From: Acidobacteriota bacterium
GTDB taxonomy: Bacteria > Acidobacteriota > Thermoanaerobaculia > Gp7-AA8
NCBI GenBank assembly: GCA_003223695.1
Contig: QHVY01000144.1
Span: 1 to 29,703, forward strand
Direction: 5' to 3'
DNA: 29,703 nucleotides
This document shows, in pieces, positions 1 through 9,605 of the stretch. Position 1 is the first letter of the stretch. Every line of letters starts with the position of its first letter. The position numbers were made by a program, and so were the translations under genes. Below the pieces are notes generated by a model. It was not told the DNA's origin. It searched no databases and saw only the letters and a list, made by a program, of their open reading frames with translations.

Positions 1-1275
1 ATCGTTGTAGAACTCCACCACATCCCGCAATGCCGCTGCAGAGCCATTGTGAAAGTACGGCGGACGTGCTGCCAGCGCGCGCAGAATCGGACCTTTGAAC
101 AGCGACATGTGCTTCCATTTGCCCGTAATCAGCGCGCGGCCGGGATCGGTGGTCTTGATGGTCTCACCGGTCGTTTTGTTCCGAAACGTGTAAAGCGGCA
201 TATCCGGCGTGCGCCTCGACTCGCTGGCAACGCCGATATCCAATGGCAGCGCAACGGAGTGGTTCCCCACGTTCGGAGCATCGTGGCAGGTGGTGCAGGT
301 GCCAGTGATGGTTTCCTGACCGAGGACATCGTTCAAACCGCGGACACCGCTGATCTGAATCGGGAAGGTGTTGAACAAAGTTTCGCCGCGCGCAACGGAC
401 TGGCGAGCATCGGCAAACCGCTCCCGTGAAGAGCTGCGCACATCAGACCACGTATCGAACATGTCCATGGAGGCTGGGTTGAAACCTGGACTCAGGGTGT
501 CGTTGATACCGACGTAGTAGGCTTGGGCCGATAGTTGGATCGGGCCACCCTTTGCTCCCTGTGTCTGCAGGTTCCCGGCTTCGAAATCCTTTGATTGCGC
601 GGTGAACAGCGACGTTTCGAAATCGACGATCGCCTCGCGCTGCGTGTCGCTCAGCGGATTCGCGGCTGCAGCATGGCCCAGGGTCGCGCCGTTCGCCTGG
701 TCCGAGAGATCGAAGTGGACGGATTGGTTGGCTAGGGTCTCGCGGCCATCCCACATCACAGCCGACAAAAACGCCAGGTTCGTCGAGGGAAGAGGGCGGC
801 GGAAGAGCGACAGCTCCGATGCGCTGGCGTAGCCGTACGGATCGTCGACTTCGGTGAGCTCGAACTCGGCATTCTCCGGAATACCGATACCCACGCGGAT
901 CAAACCTTTATTGAGAAGCATGTTGTACGCTTCTTTTCGCGCTTCCACAGTAGAGACATCGGCAAGCGGAGAGTTGGAGCCGTCGTTGGTACGGAAGATC
1001 GGATCGAGACCGCCGTCGGCGTCAAAACGGGCCTGCACATGTGCCGGCGTGATACTCCACGCGTCGCTGGCTTGATGACAACTACCGCACGAGCGGCCAT
1101 TCGTTCCCAGGCTTTGGAAAAATGGATTGCGGAGGTCGATTGCGCCGTTCGTGGAGAAGGTTCTCACCTCACCAGTTGCGTCGGTGAATGCCTGAGTATC
1201 CGGTGCGCTGGACCTGCCGAATGCAGTCAATTGAAGAGCCGCAGCGAGAGTGGTCACGAAAAACGCTCTTCTCAT
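1..1275 (-). CDS. Secreted di-haem cytochrome c of the cytochrome c peroxidase/MauG superfamily; 3' end runs off the window
   Basis: Not in the ORF track. Hand translation gives an open frame from ATG at 1275 to position 1 (425 codons). It has a signal-like N-terminus (MRRAFFVTTLAAALQLTA), haem motifs CGSCH (1075-1089) and CTTCH (283-297), and the CcP-type motifs MWDGR, TTDPGRALITG, FKGPILRAL and PYFHNGS. Confidence 0.85.
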   Translation of the reverse strand, partial: MRRAFFVTTLAAALQLTAFGRSSAPDTQAFTDATGEVRTFSTNGAIDLRNPFFQSLGTNGRSCGSCHQASDAWSITPAHVQARFDADGGLDPIFRTNDGSNSPLADVSTVEARKEAYNMLLNKGLIRVGIGIPENAEFELTEVDDPYGYASASELSLFRRPLPSTNLAFLSAVMWDGRETLANQSVHFDLSDQANGATLGHAAAANPLSDTQREAIVDFETSLFTAQSKDFEAGNLQTQGAKGGPIQLSAQAYYVGINDTLSPGFNPASMDMFDTWSDVRSSSRERFADARQSVARGETLFNTFPIQISGVRGLNDVLGQETITGTCTTCHDAPNVGNHSVALPLDIGVASESRRTPDMPLYTFRNKTTGETIKTTDPGRALITGKWKHMSLFKGPILRALAARPPYFHNGSAAALRDVVEFYND

Positions 1276-2492
1276 GTATTGAAATACAAGATGGTCGATG
1301 AAAAAGTTGGTAGCGTGGAAGGCGCTGATTCGCGGGACCTTACGCGAGAAGCTCGAGCACGCCGCGAATCGGGATGCGCACCCAGTCCGGCCGATGATTC
1401 AGCTCATAAACGATCTCGTACAGCGCCTTTTCGAGAAGATACGCATCAAGGAGCAAACGAAGCTCCTCACGATTTGCCGGCAGATGGGGAGCGGCGGCGC
1501 TGGTGGCGAGATAAGCGCGCAGAAACGCAGCGCTGACCCACCGCTGCCAGAATCTCCCACCCTCCTCCAGAGCGGCAACATCTTCCGTGCGAATGACCGA
1601 GCCTTCGGCCTGGCCTAACACGACCGCATACGGCGCGTACTGAAACGAACGCAGCATGCCGGCAACATCGCGCAGTGCGCTTCGCTTGATGCGCCGTTCG
1701 CTCAAAGGACGCGCCGGCTCCCCCTCAAAGTCAATGATGACAAAATCGTTTCCTGTGTAGAGCACCTGACCGAGGTGATAGTCGCCGTGCGTGCGGATGC
1801 GGGAGCCGCCGATGCGCGTTGTGATGACTTCGCGCAGCCGCCGATGAATCTCCGTCTCGTTCGACAGAAGCGTCTCCGCTTCTTCAAGACCCTTCGCTCG
1901 CCGGCGCAAAGTCTGCAGCGCCTGGACCGCTTGACTGCGAATTGACTGATAGATCGACCGCTGATAATGCGGAGTGAATGGCTCGGGCGCAAACGCGGGG
2001 ATGTCGTCGCGCGAAGCGAGAGCGAGATGCATTTCTGCAGTGCGTGTGCCGAGCAGCTCCGCGTCAGCGAGGTAACCGCCGATGAGTCCTTTTACGTCAT
2101 CGGAAACCGCCCGATTCGCTAGATCCAGCAACGGTTCAGACGGCGTGGATTTTATGATGCGCTCGATCGCGCCCGGGTCGCTCAGGACGCGCTCGAAGAA
2201 GCGGCCGATCACGTCGAGCGTATAGCGCCAGGCGTCGCCGGAATTCGGCGTGTAATTCTGCAGAATCGCGACAGTGGTCGGGTCGCGTTGTCCATTTGCC
2301 GAATATTCGATTGCGCCGGCGACGCGCGGTGTGTTCCGAAACGGGGTCTCTTCATTGAGGAATCGCGTGACCTCGAGATCCGCATTCATGCCCGGCTCCA
2401 GGCGCCGGAAAAGCTTGAGAAAGAGCCGCTCGCCATAGACGATCGCTGTATTGCTTTGTTCTGCGCGAAGAATCTGCGGGTGTAGACCGTTG

Positions 2493-2549
2493 GAGCACGA
2501 AGCTTCTTGAGGAAGACATGCGTTTCCGGCAGGTTTTCGCAAATCGTTC
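2493..2549. repeat. 57-bp exact direct copy of 3857..3913 (acceptor copy)
   Basis: gagcacgaagcttcttgaggaagacatgcgtttccggcaggttttcgcaaatcgttc occurs identically at both positions. Confidence 0.95.
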
Positions 2550-3856
2550 GTCTGCAATCGGCTCGTACAACAGATAGCTATCCCGTAACCGCGCAATCAA
2601 TGCGGATGTGCGGTCCACATCATCGGAGCGGCGCGCCTGCGTAATCGCCACCGGCAAGAGATACCGCTCCGGCTCACCATCCGTGTACTCGACGTCGAGC
2701 ATCAGAAGCGATCCGGCATCACGGCTGATCGGAATCACATCAGCGATCGAAAGCGTGCTCACCGTTCGCGCTTTCGCGCCGAACCAGCGCCGAGAGCGGA
2801 CGTATCGCAGAATCGCTCCTGTGAGCGCGTCACGATTTCGGTCGTGCAGAACCTCGCTCCACATTTTGGCTGCAATCAGCGGCAGCTCTTCAGCGCCCGC
2901 CGAGACTTCCGCTCGCTGCTTCTCGAGAGCGAACCAATAGAACGCGAATGGGCTGAGATTCAGAAAGTACGGACGATCGGTGATCTCCGGGAAACGCGTA
3001 CCGCCAGACAGCTCGACAGGAACCATTCCGCGGTATTGCGACAGATCGACCTCAAAGCACTGAACGAGACGCGACAGGTTGGCGACGACGAGGATCGTCT
3101 CGTCTTCGAAACGGCGGATGAACACTAGGATCTTGCGATTCTCGGGGTAGAGGAACTCCATTGTGCCGCGGCCAAATGCTCGGTAGCGCTTGCGCATTGC
3201 AATGAGCCTCTTCGTCCACCACAAAAGTGAGTAGGGGCTCGACTGCTGCACTTCGACGTTGACCTGCTCATAGTGATACTGCGGATCAATGATGACCGGC
3301 AGATAAAGCTTCTGCGGATTGGCGCGCGAGAATCCTGAATTGCGATCCGCACTCCACTGCATCGGCGTGCGCACGCCATTACGGTCGCCGAGATAAATGT
3401 TGTCGCCCATGCCGATTTCGTCGCCGTAATAGACAATCGGCGTTCCGGGAAACGAGAATAACAGGCCGTTCATCAGATGAATGCGCCCGCGATTGTTCTG
3501 CATCAGCGGCGCAAGCCTGCGCCGAATTCCAAGGTTGATGCGTGCCTCGCGATCGGTAGCGTAGGTGCGCCACATGTAGTCGCGATCCTCATCGGTAACC
3601 ATTTCGAGCGTGAGCTCGTCGTGATTGCGGAGGAACAGCGCCCACTGACAATTCTCCGGAATCGGCGGCGTTTGCGCCATGATATCCACAATCGGAAACC
3701 GATCTTCCTGTGCGAGCGACATATACATCCTCGGCATCACAGGAAAGTTGAAGGCCATGTGGCACTCATCGCCGTCGCCGAAATAAGGACGCGAGTCTTC
3801 GGGCCACTGATTCGCTTCCGCTAGCAACATTTTTCCCGGATAGAGCTCATCGAGCC

Positions 3857-3913
3857 GAGCACGAAGCTTCTTGAGGAAGACATGCGTTTCCGGCAGGTTT
3901 TCGCAAATCGTTC
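3857..3913. repeat. Donor copy of the 57-bp segment (native treS coding sequence around TICENLPETHVFLKKLRA)
   Basis: In frame within treS and identical to 2493..2549. Confidence 0.95.
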
Positions 3914-4553
3914 CTTCTCGCTCGTAGAGATACGGAATCGCATCCAGCCTGAATGCATCGACGCCAAGGTTCATCCAGAATTCGAGGACTTTGAACAGCG
4001 CCTCGTGAACGGCGGGGTTGTCGAAGTTCAAATCCGGCTGATGCGAATAGAAGCGATGCCAGTAATACGCCTTTGCGATCGGATCCCAGGCCCAATTCGA
4101 TGTTTCAAAGTCTTTGAAAATAATCCGGGCGTCTTTGTACTTTTCTGGCGTGTCGCTCCACACGTAGTAATCGCGCCACGGAGATCCAGGCTTCGCGCGC
4201 CGCGATTTTTGGAACCACGGATGCGTGTCGCTCGTGTGATTGATCACCAGCTCCGTGACGACTCGAATCCCTCGGAGGTGTGCCTCTCGCAGAAAGGCCT
4301 TGAAATCGGTCAGCGTGCCGTAATTCGGATGTACTGCGGTGTAATTGGCGATGTCATAGCCGTCGTCGCGAAGTGGCGATGGATAGAACGGCAGCAGCCA
4401 CAGAATGTTGATTCCCAGGTCCTGAAGGTAGTCCAGCTTTTGCGTTAGACCGAGGAAATCGCCGACGCCGTCAGAGTTCGTGTCGAAGAACGCTTTGACG
4501 TGCGTCTGATAGATGATTCCGTCCTTGTACCAAGCGTTATCCATCATCAATCG

Positions 4554-4615
4554 TGTAGGGCACGGCTGCGCCGTGCCGCACCCTGGGATTCGGCACGGCG
4601 CAGCCGTGCCCTACA
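4554..4615. repeat. GTAG-type REP doublet (perfect 25-bp inverted repeat)
   Basis: tgtagggcacggctgcgccgtgccg, a 12-nt spacer, then cggcacggcgcagccgtgccctaca. Each arm is itself a small hairpin. It includes the glgE TAG stop at 4611-4613. Confidence 0.9.
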
Positions 4616-6572
4616 GAAAGTACTCAAAATCTCGTTCACTTCTCACCTTTCTTCGAATTCTGAAAATGTGCGCGGGCACCACGTGAGGATTGAGCTGCAC
4701 ATAATTGCGCCCGCCATGCCACGTGTAACGGGCGCCCGTGAGCAACTCATGCACCTGAAATGGCCGGTTGGAGTCCACTTGCAAAGCGGTGAGATCGAGA
4801 TCGAGCCATGCGGATTGCGTGTTGTGCGGATCGACATTCACCACGGCGACGATCACGTTATCGCCGGCAGCTTTGCTGTAACAAAGGATCTCGTCATTGC
4901 TCGTAGTGTGAAACTTCAGCATCGCGTTCTGTTGAAGAGCGGGATTCTCTCGCCGCACACGATTCACAGAGGAAATCAGAGCGGACAGATCGTCTTCGGC
5001 CGGCGGCCACTGTTTGACTTCATATTTTTCGGAGTCGCGGTATTCCTCACTCCCCGGCTCGCGCCCTTCGTGCATCATCCGCTCGAAAGCGGGCCCGTAG
5101 ATTCCGTAATTCGAACAGAGTGTCGCTGCGAGGATAAGCCGCACAACAAACGCCGGTCGTCCACCGTATTGCAGATATTCGGTCAGAATGTCGGGTGTGT
5201 TCGGCCAGGCGTTAGGCCGAAAGAAGTCGCTGACGGGTGGCTTCGTGATCTCACTGAAATACGCCGTCAGCTCATATTTCGTGTTGCGCCACGCGAAGTA
5301 TGTGTACGACTGCGTAAAGCCCGCTTTCGCCAGCCAGTACATGATTTTCGGCCGGGTAAAAGCCTCTGAAAGAAAAATGAGATCGGGATGATCGCGTTTC
5401 AATTCGCCGATCACCCATTGCCAGAAGAGCAGCGGCTTGGTGTGAGGATTGTCGACGCGAAAAATGCGCACGCCTTGCTTGACCCAGAACAGAAAGACAT
5501 CGCGCAGCTCGTTCCACAGATCGCGCCACGCCTCGCTCTCGAAATGGAAAGGATAGATGTCCTGATATTTTTTCGGCGGATTCTCCGCGTATTGAATCGT
5601 GCCGTCAGGCCGCTTCAAGAACCACTCGTCGTGTTTGCTGACGTACGGATGATCCGGCGATGACTGGAATGCGATATCGATCGCGATCTCCAGCCCGTTG
5701 CCTTTCGCCGCTTCGATCAGCCGGCGAAAATCTTCCAGTGTGCCGAGCTTCGGATGGATCGATGTGTGTCCGCCTTCATCCGATCCGATCGCCCACGGGC
5801 TGCCAACATCGTTCGGACCAGCAGTCATCACATTGTTTCGACCTTTGCGAAACGTCTTCCCGATCGGGTGGATGGGCGGGAGGTAGAGCACATCGAATCC
5901 CATGTTGGCGATTCCTGGAAGCTGCGCCTCGACATCGCGGAGAGTGCCGAACGAACGGGGAAAGAGCTCGTACCAGGCGCTGAACGCCGCCTTTGGGCGA
6001 TCGACTTCGATCGCGTATTCGCAATCGAGACGCGTCGCGTGTGTGCGATCGGAGTATCGCCACATGAGATCGAGGAGCTCGTCGCTTTTCACGTCGTGTA
6101 CTTTGTCTTCCAATTCATCATCGCCTTCGAGCACTTCGACGAAATGCGCGAGCCGTTTGCGGTCGCGCCCTTTCGCGCGCGATGTGGCGGCGCGAATCAT
6201 CTCCAATCCGATTTGAAGCTGCACCGCGTAATCGGATTTCTCCCGCTTCTGAAGATCACGATGCCACGTGAGGAAATGATCGACCCATGCCTCGACGGTG
6301 AAAAAATAGAAGCCGAGCTGTTCGACGCGAAGCTCCGCGCGCCACCGGTCGTTCACCAGCGGTGTCATGCGCCTTTCCGCGGCAGTGGACTCGCTTTGAT
6401 GGCGATGCAGAACCACCGCGGAAAGAACGTCGTGACCGTCCGCGAACACGTCCGCCTCGACGAGAACTGTATCGCCGGCAACGCGTTTCGCTGGAAAGCG
6501 GCCCTCATCGACGGCGGGTGAAACGCCTTCGATGACCACACGACGACGACCGTCAAAATCACTTTCGGGCAC
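4611..6572 (-). CDS. glgE: Alpha-1,4-glucan:maltose-1-phosphate maltosyltransferase
   Basis: 653-aa ORF with GlgE motifs (WYELFPRS, YLPPIHPIG, GSPWAIGS, YAENPPKKYQDIYP, RVDNPHTKP, FLSEAFTRP). It lies next to treS-mak, as in the canonical GlgE pathway. Confidence 0.95.
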   Translation of the reverse strand: MPESDFDGRRRVVIEGVSPAVDEGRFPAKRVAGDTVLVEADVFADGHDVLSAVVLHRHQSESTAAERRMTPLVNDRWRAELRVEQLGFYFFTVEAWVDHFLTWHRDLQKREKSDYAVQLQIGLEMIRAATSRAKGRDRKRLAHFVEVLEGDDELEDKVHDVKSDELLDLMWRYSDRTHATRLDCEYAIEVDRPKAAFSAWYELFPRSFGTLRDVEAQLPGIANMGFDVLYLPPIHPIGKTFRKGRNNVMTAGPNDVGSPWAIGSDEGGHTSIHPKLGTLEDFRRLIEAAKGNGLEIAIDIAFQSSPDHPYVSKHDEWFLKRPDGTIQYAENPPKKYQDIYPFHFESEAWRDLWNELRDVFLFWVKQGVRIFRVDNPHTKPLLFWQWVIGELKRDHPDLIFLSEAFTRPKIMYWLAKAGFTQSYTYFAWRNTKYELTAYFSEITKPPVSDFFRPNAWPNTPDILTEYLQYGGRPAFVVRLILAATLCSNYGIYGPAFERMMHEGREPGSEEYRDSEKYEVKQWPPAEDDLSALISSVNRVRRENPALQQNAMLKFHTTSNDEILCYSKAAGDNVIVAVVNVDPHNTQSAWLDLDLTALQVDSNRPFQVHELLTGARYTWHGGRNYVQLNPHVVPAHIFRIRRKVRSERDFEYFL

Positions 6573-6590
6573 GAGCTCGCTTCGTGCGAA

Positions 6591-8194
6591 CTACATGCCC
6601 TGTAACGCGCGGCGAGCGGTAAACGGGTCATGCAATTCGAACAGGAGACGCTCGGCGGATCGATTTCCGAGGGCGGCTTGTATCGCCAGGACGTGCTCGT
6701 TGCCCGGCGCCTCTCGCTCCGCAACCGCCAAGAACGGCCTCGGATCGCGACCGAGGTGCGCGGCGGCGACCGCGCGGTAGTAAGCAACGGATGACACGGC
6801 GCGATTTTCCCGAATCGGGCGGTAATGCTCGTTTTCGAGCTGCGCAAGCAACGCGTCGGCCTGAGCCCATTGGCCCTGCTGTTCGAGGGCGATGGCCTGA
6901 TCGAATCCGTTACGGACGCCGAGCCATCCGGCAGCGTCTTCGCGTTGGGCCGGACCGGTGATGCTGAGCAAAACGGCGATAGCAACCGCGATGATCAACG
7001 TGGCGCCGGCTCTCAGCCGGCGCGAGCCGACTAAGAGTCGGCTCCACGTCGCCAATCCCGCTGCCGCGAGAATCACCATCGGCGGCAGGATCGCGTTCCG
7101 CTGACGCGAAGTGACGTAGAAAATGACGAGCGTCACGCCTGCGGCGCACACGAAAATCACCAGCGGCGCGATTCCGCGGACTCGCAGAAGCATCGCCATC
7201 AGCGCCAGCGCGACGGTGACTCCGAACGGGATGAAGAATCCGCGCGAGAGCAGGAAATCTTTTCGCGCCATGGTCGCCAGGTCGTATGGCTCGTAGCTTT
7301 GCAATGCGAAATAGAACTTGCGCGCGGTGAGGCGCAGCGCGGCCAGCGGATATGCACGGACGAACGCCAGTGCCTTCGCGGTCCAGTAGCGATTCGATTC
7401 CGCGCGCGTGACCGGATGCCCAAGCGCTTTCGCGGCGACGACACGATAGGCGACGTGGAGGTAATCGGGATCACGTGACTGCCGCTCGAGATCGTTCACG
7501 ATCCGCGGCTGCACACCTTCGTAGCCTGCGGCGTTCGAATTCGTGCCTTCGTAAAACACCGTGCCGGGATCCATCAGCGTTATCTCGCCGGTCAGGGCAC
7601 GATTGCGCCGGCGATCAGGCGCCATGAACGCATCGCAATCGCAATTGCGATGACCACAAGCAATGCGACCGGCCGGCACGCGGCGGAGAGGCCGAGGAGA
7701 AAACCGGCGAGAAGGTGGAGGACAGCGGCCCTCCGCTGTCCGGACAGCCGAGGGCGGCTGTCTTCCACCAAGCAGGCCAACGCGCCAGCATTCAACACCA
7801 GAATGAACGTCTCCGGCTCCAACTCCGTCGCGCACACAAGCGCGCCGCGACTGCCAAGGAGAAGAATCGGCGCGGCGATGACAGCGAGGAGGCCGAAGCG
7901 GCGCGCCGCGAGGGCGACGAGGACAGCGCCGGCGCTGACGAGAACGATCTGCAGCGTGCGGATCGCTCGAAATCCGGCGCCGATCGCTCGCATCGCTACA
8001 ACGAACCAGAGGTACAGCGGACTGAAATCGAGCAGCCGGTCCCGCGGAATGCGGCCGGCGAGAATCTGATCGGCGACGATCGTGTACTTCGCGAAATGGC
8101 CCTGGTCGGGAAGCGAGTCGATGAGCCGCACGCGCGCCCAGGTGAGAAGCGCGAGCAGAATGAGGCCGGCCGCGATCTGCAGCCTTCGACTCAC
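6591..8194 (-). pseudogene. Multi-TM GT-C (PMT/ArnT-like) membrane glycosyltransferase-like protein, frameshifted at about 7595
   Basis: The hydrophobic N-half (7592..8194; DFSPLYLW, ELEPE) and the C-half (TLMDPGTVFYEGTN, YVTSRQR, helical tail) are in different frames. The GTG start overlaps the upstream TGA. Confidence 0.65.
6998..7049. repeat. Double-hairpin REP-like element, in frame in the GT-C gene
   Basis: acgtg...cacgt termini enclose two hairpins. It translates as TWSRLLVGSRRLRAGAT and is homologous to 26049..26102. Confidence 0.9.
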
Positions 8195-9204
8195 AAAAGC
8201 TTCCGCACAAAGGGCCGCACGAAAAATCGCAGCACGCTTGCCGCCGGTCCGCGGCGAAACGCGGCGAGGCGGATGACCTGCTCGGCGGCGAGTGCAGCCG
8301 CAACGAGCAGCGCGACGACTGCTCCGCGAAGGTATGAGCTGACGATGCCCACCGCCGCGACGAGAAAAAGCACAATCGCAACGGCGGAGGATTCGCGGCG
8401 GTAGTCGTAATTGAAGCGCGCGGCGACGCGCGATTGTTCGGCCGGAGTGAGCAGCGTGACGAATGCCTCTCGCATCGCGAACGCATCTCGTTGGGCGATC
8501 TCATCGGGCGCGTCAGTGATCTTGACCGACCATCCTTTCTCCTTCGCGAATGGCGAGACGCCGCGGCCGGTGATGAAGTGAAAGAGCATGTAGCCGATCC
8601 AGCCGAGTGCGGAGCCGATCGGTCGCGACTGCGTCCAATAGATCAAGAAGCGGATCGAATTCTCGATGGCGAAATAAATTATGATGATAATGAGTACGAT
8701 CGGCGGGAACTCATCGCGGATCAGATAGCTCGCGCACAGCAGAACGATCGCCGCGATCAGTGCATAGGTGCCGAGGATCGAGATAAATGTGAGGCGCGGC
8801 GGCAGGACGCCCAGCTCGCGTCCGAGCTCCTCCTGAACGACTGCCGGCAAATTTCCGGTGAACACGCCGAGCAGGTTCGTCGATTTGCGCCCCGCTTCGC
8901 GCTGCAGATCTTTCCGATACTCCTCCGCACGCTGCGATTCGGTTTCCGCGTCGTACCGATCGGTGAGACGCATCGCGTGGTTGTCGCGCCACGGCTCGAG
9001 CACGTACCGCACACCACCTTGCTTCACGTTCTCCGCCGCAACCACTTCGAAAAATCGCTCCTCCCAAAGAACCGCGGTTCCGGGAAACTCTGCGCTCGTC
9101 AGCGTTTTTTCGACCCGAGGAGTCCATCCCTTCGACAAACGCGATGAGAGGACGATCTGCTCGCCGTCGCCGCTGCGGACGCGGTCGGAGCCAAATGCCT
9201 GCAT
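8191..9204 (-). CDS. Hypothetical membrane protein
   Basis: 337-aa ORF with several predicted TM segments; its stop overlaps the next gene's start (GTGA). Confidence 0.75.
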   Translation of the reverse strand: MQAFGSDRVRSGDGEQIVLSSRLSKGWTPRVEKTLTSAEFPGTAVLWEERFFEVVAAENVKQGGVRYVLEPWRDNHAMRLTDRYDAETESQRAEEYRKDLQREAGRKSTNLLGVFTGNLPAVVQEELGRELGVLPPRLTFISILGTYALIAAIVLLCASYLIRDEFPPIVLIIIIIYFAIENSIRFLIYWTQSRPIGSALGWIGYMLFHFITGRGVSPFAKEKGWSVKITDAPDEIAQRDAFAMREAFVTLLTPAEQSRVAARFNYDYRRESSAVAIVLFLVAAVGIVSSYLRGAVVALLVAAALAAEQVIRLAAFRRGPAASVLRFFVRPFVRKLL

Positions 9205-9210
9205 GGTGAA

Positions 9211-9216
9211 ATTTTA
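9211..9216 (-). promoter_or_regulatory. -10 hexamer (TAAAAT) 6 nt before ATG 9204; putative leaderless promoter
   Basis: The minus strand reads TAAAAT-ttcacc-ATG with no Shine-Dalgarno sequence. Confidence 0.5.
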
Positions 9217-9227
9217 GCGTTCTTCGT

Positions 9228-9602
9228 TCACGAAGGCGTCTGCGCGACGATGCATGCTCGCACGCGCCCGACGAGATCATTGATGTCGAACGGTTTCGGC
9301 AGCATGTCGAACGGCGTTCCGCGCAATCGCTCCCGGATCAGCGAGGGTGAGGCAGCGCTGGTGACGATGATTCGCTTGAGGTGAGATTCGTTCTGCGTCA
9401 TGAACGCAAATCCGTCGAGGTTCGGCAACATCAGATCGAGGACGATGACGGCGTACTGCGCGACGCCCAGCTTCACGACTGCTTCGAGGCCGTCGGCGGC
9501 CTAGTGGACGTGATAGCCCTCGCGCTCGAGGACCATCCTGATGAGGCGGCGAATGGCTCGGTCATCCTCGACGACGAGGATCTCCTCACTCTTCAGCAAC
9601 AC
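9228..9602 (-). pseudogene. Single-domain response regulator (CheY-like receiver) with an in-frame TAG
   Basis: A GAGGAG RBS precedes GTG 9602. The frame reads ILVVEDDRAIRRLIRMVLEREGYHVH*AADGLEA...IVLDLMLPNLDG...KPFD, with the TAG at 9501-9503. Confidence 0.85.
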
Positions 9603-9605
9603 TGC

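Larger units (their letters stand above)
1340..4547 (-). pseudogene. treS: Trehalose synthase-maltokinase (TreS-Mak/Pep2) fusion, frameshifted at about 2493-2549
   Basis: The N-terminal ORF has TreS GH13 motifs (WYKDGIIYQ, PLRDDGYD, FRLDAIPYL, FLRNHDELTLE). The C-terminal ORF 1340..2596 has maltokinase motifs (AEQSNT, HGDYHLGQVL, IDFEGEP, RDVAGMLRSF). The two halves are in different frames and are joined by a copy of an internal treS segment. Confidence 0.85.

Noticed and set aside
2493-2549. Programmed ribosomal frameshift joining TreS and maltokinase
   Set aside because: No slippery heptamer is evident. The break coincides with foreign copied sequence and apparently missing residues.
2493-3913. 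The 57-bp repeat pair as a diversity-generating retroelement TR/VR
   Set aside because: The copies are identical with no adenine-specific mismatches, no reverse transcriptase is present in the window, and the copy breaks the frame.
9501-9503. Pyrrolysine or genome-wide TAG recoding
   Set aside because: TAG is an ordinary stop for glgE, the Asp-box protein, the propeller gene and the alpha/beta hydrolase, and no pyl genes are visible.
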